DNA of 6,616 nucleotides from a virus (Duplodnaviria; Heunggongvirae; Uroviricota; Caudoviricetes): IMG/VR virus record IMGVR_UViG_2874920711_000007, positions 1 to 6,616 of that record; one strand, 5' to 3'. Shown piece by piece: positions 1 to 6,268 of this stretch (position 1 is its first letter; each line of letters starts with the position of its first letter). The notes under the pieces were generated by a model. It saw only the letters and a program-made list of their open reading frames with translations, ran no database searches and was not told where the DNA came from. The position numbers and the translations under genes were made by a program.

Positions 1-696
1 TCACTTCGGGTAAGGCTGAATCCTGAATAGCTTAGTGTTTAGTCGCTTTTTTGCGCGCTTGTTCAGGAACCTGATGTAACGATATTGATTAAATTTGTGC
101 GCCACGGCCCGCTCCTTATTCGCTCGTAAATATTCGCCGCGCTTCCCTCCACGATTAATCGCATTCATCGTTATTTCGTGATACCACTCACCGTCCAGTT
201 CGTAGAATGTGCTTTCATGGCTGCCAATAAAATCAAAATTTGACGCCTGATACACAACACCTGCACGCCCGCAACGTTCGTCTGCAAAGGACTGAACCCA
301 CTCCACTGACGGATACAGTAACCTGATGGTTTTCAGCGCGTAGCTGATGGCCCGTGATTCAGAGTTGCGGGGCATGTCGTCGTGTAGCCACATGCGGTTC
401 AGTTCCATATAGCCCCGGTTATCCGTTTCAAGCACAACGCGACGCCCTGAGTTGGGGTTAAGGGCATATCCCCACTGAAGAACACCAACCAGATCACGTC
501 CACTGAATACGCCCAGATGCAACCAGGAGTTATTCACAAAACGGCGGGAATAATGCTTTGTCTGAATGATTGTGCGGGCCAGCCAGCAGGATATGGTTTC
601 AACGCGCAGCTCCCTTGAACCATAGCCGACAATCCGGCCTTCATACTCAATAACGCAGGGTTTTGTCAGAATGCGTGATTTCTTCTCTTTTCCCAC
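1..696 (-). CDS. mom: DNA modification protein Mom (phage Mu Mom family; adenine N6 modification, anti-restriction)
   Basis: The 245-aa minus ORF (1..738) has the sequence character of Mu Mom and sits immediately downstream of, and overlapping, a Com-like zinc-ribbon gene. The ORF-track start at 736-738 is TTG. I place the start at GTG 694-696, which has a GGAG Shine-Dalgarno 7 nt upstream and gives a 231-aa product, matching my recollection of Mu Mom length. Stop is TGA at 1..3. The start is inference; the family call rests on recalled similarity and gene context. Confidence 0.8.
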   Translation of the reverse strand: MGKEKKSRILTKPCVIEYEGRIVGYGSRELRVETISCWLARTIIQTKHYSRRFVNNSWLHLGVFSGRDLVGVLQWGYALNPNSGRRVVLETDNRGYMELNRMWLHDDMPRNSESRAISYALKTIRLLYPSVEWVQSFADERCGRAGVVYQASNFDFIGSHESTFYELDGEWYHEITMNAINRGGKRGEYLRANKERAVAHKFNQYRYIRFLNKRAKKRLNTKLFRIQPYPK

Positions 697-832
697 AACA
701 CAGCTCCGTGGGATGCTCCCGGGCACTCGATATGACAATGTAACGTTTACAGCGAGGACATTTGATTTCTATATGCTTAAAACCTCCTTTAAACAGCAAT
801 TTATTGCAATTTTTACAACGAACAGAATCCAT
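647..832 (-). CDS. com: Com, zinc-ribbon translational activator of mom
   Basis: 61-aa product [61 protein letters not shown] with Cys pairs at 6/9 and 25/28, closely resembling Mu Com as I recall it. ATG at 830-832, TGA at 647-649. The 3' end overlaps the mom 5' end by 50 nt in a different frame, as in Mu. Confidence 0.85.
   Translation of the reverse strand: MDSVRCKNCNKLLFKGGFKHIEIKCPRCKRYIVISSAREHPTELCCGKREEITHSDKTLRY
692..712 (-). promoter_or_regulatory. Putative mom translation-inhibition stem-loop sequestering the SD and GUG start
   Basis: On the mRNA strand: CCCAC (712..708), an 11-nt loop GGAGCUGUGUU containing the SD, then GUGGG (696..692) whose first three bases are the proposed mom GUG start. 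In Mu, Com binds just 5' of a comparable structure to open the mom start. The fold was judged by eye, not computed. Confidence 0.45.
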
Positions 833-955
833 AACTTCCCCAGTGTAATAACAGGATATCGCTGCCCGGAGGGCTGGGGGTATTTAATCACACTTGATGC
901 AAACCGACGATCGATATGATGCTATCGATCGTCATAAACTATACAAACTGATTAT
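833..955 (-). promoter_or_regulatory. Intergenic regulatory region upstream of com-mom (putative Pmom)
   Basis: 123-bp gap between the upstream chaperone gene stop (956) and the com ATG (832). It contains the GATC palindrome (906..933), a G+C-rich block ATACCCCCAGCCCTCCGGG (865..883, minus-strand reading) and an extended -10-like TGtTATTAC (845..853). In Mu this position holds the Dam/OxyR- and C-controlled mom promoter. Exact promoter elements are unverified. Confidence 0.5.
906..933. repeat. Perfect 11-bp inverted repeat GACGATCGATA / TATCGATCGTC with 6-bp spacer, carrying two GATC (Dam) sites
   Basis: Verified base by base on the given sequence: arms 906..916 and 923..933, spacer TGATGC, GATC at 909-912 and 927-930. 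Lies downstream of the tail operon and upstream of com. Confidence 0.7.
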
Positions 956-1522
956 TTAATCGCCTGGTCTGAACGCTCTCACCTCGTCCAGTGTGGGCAA
1001 CAGAGAAAGTTGTTCTTTCATCTCCCGCTGACAGCGATAAATCTCATCGTTGCGCTCAACAATGGCCTGCATCATCGCTGTGGCCAGTTCCTCAAGTTCC
1101 TGCGTCGTCAGTTGCACCTGCTGATTATCCGCATCGCTCCACGCCATATGTGTTTGTGCTGTGACAGATTTTGCCAGCATGACTACCGGGGACAGGCGGC
1201 CCAGTGAGTCGGGGCCAGCATTCCAGATACGACCGTTCCATTCAAACGTGAACGGCTTCGCCTCCTGTTCTGTGCGCCATGCTTCAATTTCCTGACGTCT
1301 GGCCTCTCTGGCCGCTTCCAGCATTTCTGGTGTCACAGTGAATGGGGCTATCTCACCCCATTTGCCGCTTTGCAGTTCCTGCCAGATTTGCTGCCCCGTC
1401 GGAGCGACATCATCAGCGGTGGCTGTGTAGGGGACTGCCTGGTCCCTGTCGTCAAAAAAAACGTCACAGTCTACTGCGCCACTTTCGGTATAACGGGGAT
1501 TAATGATTTTTTTAATTTCCAC
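956..1522 (-). CDS. Putative tail-fibre assembly/chaperone protein of the second fibre module (family not recognised; assigned by position)
   Basis: 188-aa ORF from GTG 1520-1522 (GAGGAA SD 6-7 nt upstream), starting 10 nt after the end of the fibre-2 distal segment. Stop TAA 956-958. It lacks the C-terminal signature of Mu U/lambda Tfa chaperones seen in the 2918..3448 gene, so function is inferred from position only. The ORF-track N-terminal extension to 1786 overlaps the fibre and reads as non-coding. Confidence 0.5.
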   Translation of the reverse strand: MEIKKIINPRYTESGAVDCDVFFDDRDQAVPYTATADDVAPTGQQIWQELQSGKWGEIAPFTVTPEMLEAAREARRQEIEAWRTEQEAKPFTFEWNGRIWNAGPDSLGRLSPVVMLAKSVTAQTHMAWSDADNQQVQLTTQELEELATAMMQAIVERNDEIYRCQREMKEQLSLLPTLDEVRAFRPGD

Positions 1523-1532
1523 AGTGCATTCC

Positions 1533-1883
1533 TCACGATGTGCGAATAAAAAGCCCGGGCATTGCGCCAGAGACATATGTATCCGGCACCCCGGACAGGG
1601 CGCAATATGACCCGGTAATGAATGCTCTGAACATCCCGTAATGAAATATTGTGGGTATACTATATGCGTTCCGGTGGGAGTACAGGGCGCTGAAATCCCC
1701 ACCGGTCCAGTCGTGAGCCTCTGTATGACCGCCCCTGACAAGTCTGATGTCTTTATCACCGTCAGCTTTTCCCTGGTACGCAGCAATAATCAGCCCGCCA
1801 ATGTCAGGGTCTCCCCATCTGTTGCGGACAGAGCTCGCCACGATTCTGTAAATAATATCTTCTGTGGCTATATTTATTTTCAC
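1533..1883 (-). CDS. Distal segment of side tail fibre 2: either the frameshifted C-terminus of the 1888..2931 gene or a separate small tip protein
   Basis: 116-aa ORF from GTG 1881-1883, beginning 4 nt after the TGA of the upstream fibre ORF and in its +1 frame. This frame is open upstream to a TAA at 1938-1940, so a single inserted base between 1891 and 1937 would fuse it to the fibre. No SD precedes the GTG. Protein-like composition. Confidence 0.4.
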   Translation of the reverse strand: MKINIATEDIIYRIVASSVRNRWGDPDIGGLIIAAYQGKADGDKDIRLVRGGHTEAHDWTGGDFSALYSHRNAYSIPTIFHYGMFRAFITGSYCALSGVPDTYVSGAMPGLFIRTS

Positions 1884-1887
1884 CCAG

Positions 1888-2931
1888 TCAGTCTGGATAT
1901 GGGCCAGTAGCAGTAGCGGGTGTGATAAATGGGGCCGTTAATGCCGTAAAAAGTAAGGGATTTGGCTCTGTACCGCGGTTCCCTTGTCTCAGGGCGTGCA
2001 TCAGTCCACCGGATGCTGAGCCCCCTTCAAACCGTGTGTCGGGTATAATGATGCCGTAGGGGCCAGCAACGGAATATTCACCTGGCAGCGCATTCCTTAC
2101 CCAGGCCAGGAAATCACTCTTAGTGTCAAAACGGATAACATCTTCAGGCAGAAAAGCACACCCAAAGCCGAATGCGCCGGGTATCGCCAGACGGCCTTTT
2201 GTCCGGTCGTAAATGTCGCTCTGTGCTTCCATCGTGGCCGCACTTTTCAGCCTCAGATTATCCCGGGACTTCTGTTGTGCCTTTTCGCCTGCTGCTGCGA
2301 TTTCTGACAGATGGTTAGCCATTTTCAGAGTGCCGGTCAGCGCAGCATCAATGTCATTTTTGGCCTGTTCTGCTGCGCGGGCATAACCTGCGGCATCCTG
2401 TGCGCTCTGTCCGGCTGCGGCTGCATTTGCTCCTGTGCTTGTCACATCTTCCGCAGTGGCCTTTCTGTCCTCAGCTGTGACGGTTGCATCCTGTCGGGCT
2501 TTCTCCGCAAAACGTTGTGCATCATCACGGGCCGTTGCGGCTGCCGCCACATCCTGCGCCGTCTGCTGTGCGTTTCCGGCTGCGGCCCCGGCGCTCTGCT
2601 GCGCCTGTTGCGCCAGCTCTTCGAATTTCTTCAGGGATTCCGGACGCAGGTCAATATCAGTTGCGCCCAGAAAATCATTCAGCGAACCGTCCGTTGAATC
2701 TTCATAAACGCGGATGACACCGATTTCTGAAAGGCACTGTGCACTCTGTGTCAGACGAACGCTGTACACGCCCGGCAGAACAGGGAAGTCGTACTCTCCA
2801 CTCTGTGTGGTGACGTGGCTGAAAACACTTTTCAGGATCCCTGCACGATTGTGCAGGGAGGTCAGTGTAATGGTTGCGCCGCCCAGCGGTTCTCCCGTGG
2901 GCGTTTTTATCACACCTTTAAGCTGCGGCAT
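1888..2931 (-). CDS. Side tail fibre protein, lambda Stf-like (N-terminal anchor domain plus Ala/Gln-rich fibrous shaft)
   Basis: 347-aa ORF. The N-terminus MPQLKGVIKTPTGEPLGG...GVYSVRLTQS...GVIRVYEDSTDGSLNDFL parallels the lambda Stf N-terminal domain (GVLKDGTGKP...TITVYEDSQPGTLNDFL, from memory), followed by roughly 130 aa of Ala/Gln/Asp-rich shaft. ATG 2929-2931 with GGAG 8 nt upstream; it overlaps the upstream chaperone stop by 14 nt. TGA at 1888-1890. Confidence 0.7.
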   Translation of the reverse strand: MPQLKGVIKTPTGEPLGGATITLTSLHNRAGILKSVFSHVTTQSGEYDFPVLPGVYSVRLTQSAQCLSEIGVIRVYEDSTDGSLNDFLGATDIDLRPESLKKFEELAQQAQQSAGAAAGNAQQTAQDVAAAATARDDAQRFAEKARQDATVTAEDRKATAEDVTSTGANAAAAGQSAQDAAGYARAAEQAKNDIDAALTGTLKMANHLSEIAAAGEKAQQKSRDNLRLKSAATMEAQSDIYDRTKGRLAIPGAFGFGCAFLPEDVIRFDTKSDFLAWVRNALPGEYSVAGPYGIIIPDTRFEGGSASGGLMHALRQGNRGTEPNPLLFTALTAPFITPATATGPYPD

Positions 2932-3448
2932 CGGGACGCTCCGGCCAGTTGATGGAATTAAAGGAGGCTTCGTCAGTAACGGTGCTTAAATCCAGTGTCT
3001 TTACCTCCCTGATATACGCCATCCACTGTGTAAGACGGGCTTTGTCATCGTCGCTGATGGTGCCCAGCTCCAGCTCGGTTTTCCAGTCGGAGGTGATGTC
3101 CCTTGCTTCATTCAGCAGGCTCTGGCGCTGTTTTTCTGCCAGCCGCAAATAATCAACAGGAACAGGAAGAACTTCGCCGTTTTTATAATACCAGCAGGCT
3201 TCAATGCCAAAGCCTTCCGGCAGTTCATCCACTTCCACAATGGTAAAACCAACGGGATAAAGACGGGATACGTCTTCCGCCATCGAATAAATCACGCCGG
3301 TTTCAGGATGCGTGCACAGCTTGTATTTCTTCGTGAATTTATCCAGGGATTCATAAAAGTCCTGCCCGTCTTCACTGCGGAAATACTGAATGCCTTCACC
3401 ATAAGGCATACCTTCAGGGTAATAACGCGTAACATTTCTGAGTTCCAT
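2918..3448 (-). CDS. tfa: Tail fibre assembly protein (Mu U / P2 G / lambda Tfa family)
   Basis: 176-aa product from ATG 3446-3448 with a strong AAGGAG SD 6 nt upstream; it begins MELRNVTRYYPEG. The C-terminal half (...AEKQRQSLLNEARDITSDWKTELELGTISDDDKARLTQWMAYIREVKTLDLS...NWPERP) matches the conserved chaperone C-terminus of this family. The ORF-track start at 3484 is an upstream extension overlapping the fibre gene. Confidence 0.8.
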   Translation of the reverse strand: MELRNVTRYYPEGMPYGEGIQYFRSEDGQDFYESLDKFTKKYKLCTHPETGVIYSMAEDVSRLYPVGFTIVEVDELPEGFGIEACWYYKNGEVLPVPVDYLRLAEKQRQSLLNEARDITSDWKTELELGTISDDDKARLTQWMAYIREVKTLDLSTVTDEASFNSINWPERPDAAA

Positions 3449-3462
3449 TATTTTCTCCTTAA

Positions 3463-4559
3463 TTAACCGGATACAGAGCGCCATGCGCCATTGATATAAA
3501 TCTGAGCCTGTTTGTAATACACACCACCGATATTGTCTGCTGTATTTTTTCCCGTATCCTGAACATAAATGCCTGACAACTGGCAGCCAGAAGGTGCGCG
3601 AAACCTCCAGGTAATTGTGGTACTGCCCGGGTTGTAAAACACCTCATTGGTGTACTGGAAATTACGCACAGCGCCGGGCTCGGTGGTGTTGATGGTGATA
3701 TCGCGGGTGCCATCAAACAGCACATTGTTAATCCTGCGGGCAGTCTGGAGTCTGGTTGCTGAGACCGCATTACCGTTTGCGGGGAGTGCCCCACGTCCGA
3801 TGCTGTTGGTTTGTTTCTGGTATTGTACTCACGTCGCCATCCGGGAGAGTAGGCGTCTCCGTGGTTGATGTAGGTGAACTGTGAGCTTGTCGTGCCGTTC
3901 GTGGCCGTTGTTGGTGTGGTCACCCTGATGGTCATGGCTGATTTGACGCCCATTACCTCAACAACTGCACCGGCCAACTGAATATTGCCGCAGCCGGTAT
4001 CGGTGATGATTTTATTGCCCGCATAAGCCCAGGAGCCTTTGCACATCCAGTAAGAATGGTTAAATGCTCCCTGTGAATCCAGCCAGTCAATAAACTGCGC
4101 CGTCGTCCAGGCTCCACTGTCGCCACCAATACTTACAGAACCACTGAAAGCACGGCCTGCTCCGATGTCTTTAACAAAATCGCTGGCGCTGTTTTTTCCG
4201 AGAATACCGCGAACAAAAGCACTGAGCGGCGTTAATGCCATTGTGTCTTTGCCGGTAAAATAAGGGAATGTATTATTCTGACCGGTTAATCCGGCAATAG
4301 CTCCGGCTGAACCACTGTTCGTAATAAACAGTTTTTTCAGCGCTGTCATAATCTGGTCGGTTGTGTTTTTATCCGGTTTGATATTTGCCTGCCGGAGTAT
4401 TTCCAGTAATTCAGACTGAATAATATTAAACCAGTCCGGCCCCGGATACGTGGGCGGAATACCGTTCCCGCCTTCGGTGAAATAAAGCGTTGTTTTGCTT
4501 AATTCAGCCGCGACAGGTGGCATTACCGGCACACCCGTCGGGTTATCCACATAAAACAT
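3463..4559 (-). pseudogene. Tail fibre protein, P2 gpH / Mu S-like, interrupted by a -1 frameshift (or sequencing indel)
   Basis: The N-terminal 240 aa or so (MFYVDNPTG...FPYFTGKDTMALTPLSAFVRGILGK...) are in one frame; that frame then degenerates into Cys/Pro-rich nonsense. The conserved fibre C-terminus (...VFYNPGSTTITWRF...YKQAQIYINGAWRSVSG) is in the -1 frame (ORF 3463..3723), which is open upstream to a TGA at 3829-3831. The shift therefore lies between 3724 and 3828. ATG 4557-4559, 3 nt after the gpI stop. Lower GC than the flanking baseplate genes. Confidence 0.7.
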
Positions 4560-4562
4560 AAA

Positions 4563-5146
4563 TTATTCTCCGGTGTAATAATATTCATATTCCGTGCCCG
4601 CCAGCCGGTAATGCTTCAGCAGGCATTCCAGCTCACGGGTGCGTTCGCTGATTAATGGTGTCATGACGCCATCAATACAGGTAAACCGCCCGGCATCTTT
4701 ACCCGGGACGTTCACTTTCAGCATCCAGCGATACCGCGCCGGATGCAGCGGATACATGCAGTCGCGCAGACAGTGGTGCGGCAGAACGGCTGTCACCTTA
4801 ATGGTGAAGCCCAGCGCCGCTGCTGCGGCTTCAGTCTGCCAGGTTGCCAGCCCGCCCTGCGACGGTATTTCTCCACCACGGCACGGCGGCGGGCTTCCCT
4901 GGTGGTGGGGGCAATTCCGCATTCCGGCAGCGCCAGATACTGCTCCCACTCCGGCAGCAGCCGGAGCGTGGTTTCCGGTCGCATCTCCACATGCAGACGC
5001 GAGGCGTCGTATTCAGTGCGGTTTAAACGTTCTGCAAGCGCCCTTAAAAAGCGGTTTAAATCCGCGTCGTTATCACGCGGCCATGCCTTACCCCGTGGCA
5101 TGACCTGTTGCAGTGCGGCCAGCCATTCCGTCACGCTGTGAGCCAT
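4563..5146 (-). pseudogene. Phage tail protein gpI-like (Mu gp48 / P2 gpI, DUF2313/YmfQ-like), interrupted by a -1 frameshift (or sequencing indel)
   Basis: N-terminal part in ORF 4793..5146 (MAHSVTEWLAALQQVMPRGKAWPRD...LPEWEQYLALPECG...), C-terminal part in ORF 4563..4949 (...LGFTIKVTAVLPHHCLRDC...LECLLKHYRLAGTEYEYYY), both resembling the family as I recall it. Restoring one C in the run at 4855-4857 gives a continuous protein of about 193 aa reading ...KYRRRGGLATWQTEAAAAALGF.... ATG 5144-5146 with GGAGG SD; it overlaps the J-like gene end by 16 nt. Confidence 0.7.
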
Positions 5147-6206
5147 GTCACCTCCCCGATGGTGATAAGCTCATCCACATCACTGGTGGTGTCCTCCCCG
5201 ATGTTAAGGAAGTAATCCGTGATGCCGGACGTCATACCGATGGCCGTGCGCAGCGAGGACACCGGCAGCGTCTGACCGGGTGCCAGTGTCTTCTGTAACG
5301 CGGTCAGGTTTGCCCGGACGGCGCTCCTGTTCGCCAGGCTGTCCGGTGTCAGACGGATGGATATGCTGACTTTCTTCAGCCTGACCTGTACCGGCCAGAC
5401 CTCAATGCCGCCCGGTTTACCCACCATCACGCCCGTGGCCGGGTGTTTGTGGCAGAACAGATACTGCTCCATTGTCTTCAGGTCTTCGCGGGTTGGCACG
5501 ATGTTTTCCCGGTCATCATAAAGCCATGCCAGCCCGACCGTGCCGGGGCCGTGCCATGCATCCCACGCCCACGCGCGGCTGACGCCCGGCACTTCACGCG
5601 CCCATATCACGTAGTCATGCAACGCGCCGCCTGTCGGTGGATTGCGGCGCACATACAGCAGACGGTCCAGCAGCGCTGCGATGGATTCAGTGTCTGCGCC
5701 ACCGGTGATGCCACCTTCAGCCACCGCGCCTGTGCTGGCCGTTCCGGGCAGCGGGGACAGCAGGGTGAGTACGGCACCGGCAGCAAGATTGCCCTCCACA
5801 CCGGCTTCTTCAGCCTGCACGATGACGGTGACCTCGCCGTCCTGCACCTCGCCGGACGTGAGTACCTGATACACCTGGTTCGTGTCGGACTGCATCCGGG
5901 TTTCTGCCGGAAGGGGGACTGACTGGTGAAGGTCACCCGCCCGCTGGCAAAGGTGGCCTGCTTGCGGATAACGCCTTCATACTTTGCTGTTTTGATAATG
6001 GTTTCATCATCAGACGTGGTGGACGGGATTATCTGGTCCTTAATCCAGCTCTGATGGTCGTATAAATCCCGGACCTGACTGCTGAATGACACGTTCAGCG
6101 CCTGCTCAACACTGACAGGCGGCAGCTTTTGCAGGCCGAGTTCATACGCAATATCTTTTTCGCCGTCGGCAATCAGTTTGCCCAGCGTGGGGATTTCATA
6201 CGGCAT
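5131..6206 (-). pseudogene. Baseplate J-like protein (Mu gp47 / P2 gpJ family), interrupted by a -1 frameshift (or sequencing indel)
   Basis: N-terminal 95 aa or so in ORF 5607..6206 (MPYEIPTLGKLIADGEKDIAYELG...GRVTFTSQSP), the remainder in ORF 5131..5895 in the -1 frame, which is open upstream to a TGA at 5977-5979. Adding one G to the G5 run at 5913-5917 yields a continuous protein of about 358 aa. ATG 6204-6206 preceded by GGGAGG. Confidence 0.7.
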
Positions 6207-6268
6207 TAATGGTGGCCTCCCATCGACGGGTGATTTCGATTCTGAGTGTGGTTTTGTCCGGGCGGGTT

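Noticed and set aside
1-100. Mu right end (attR, transposase-binding repeats)
   Set aside because: In Mu the right end lies beyond the mom stop. The window begins exactly at the mom stop codon, so the end would be outside it; positions 1..100 are mom coding sequence.
671-1910. Plus-strand ORFs 671..919, 1010..1207, 1641..1910
   Set aside because: Antisense to com/mom, the second chaperone gene and the fibre-2 distal segment respectively. They are short, lack ribosome-binding sites and have implausible composition.
2311-2989. Four overlapping plus-strand ORFs (2311..2697, 2435..2707, 2484..2717, 2714..2989)
   Set aside because: They are antisense to the Ala-rich fibre shaft and the chaperone gene. 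Their products are Cys/Ala/Ser/Arg-rich low complexity, typical of reverse-strand shadows of GC-rich coding sequence.
1-3484. Longer N-terminal extensions offered by the ORF track (mom from TTG 738; chaperone from 3484; second chaperone from 1786)
   Set aside because: The extensions overlap upstream genes, begin at non-ATG codons without an SD, and add non-conserved or low-complexity residues. Internal starts with good SD spacing (696, 3448, 1522) fit the known protein lengths better.
2949-3868. Plus-strand ORFs 2949..3152 and 3647..3868
   Set aside because: Antisense shadows of the Tfa-family chaperone gene and of fibre 1; no coding support.
833-4559. Gin/Cin/Pin-type DNA invertase and gix sites (invertible G segment)
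   Set aside because: Expected by analogy with Mu, but no serine-recombinase-like ORF on either strand and no AAACC...GGTTT crossover-site pairs were found by eye. Treated as absent, pending an HMM search.
4639-5922. Plus-strand ORFs 4639..5103, 4743..5141, 4844..5026, 5113..5298, 5443..5922, 5642..5869
   Set aside because: All are antisense to the well-supported J-like and gpI-like genes. They have Arg/Ala/Pro/Cys-rich composition, no SD signals and no recognisable domains.
6204-6211. Palindrome CATTAATG giving mirror-image ATGs for the J-like gene and the plus-strand ORF
   Set aside because: Most likely a by-product of the TAATG junction. The plus-strand ATG at 6209 has no SD and the first 20 codons lie in GC-rich phage-like sequence, so a downstream start is more plausible.
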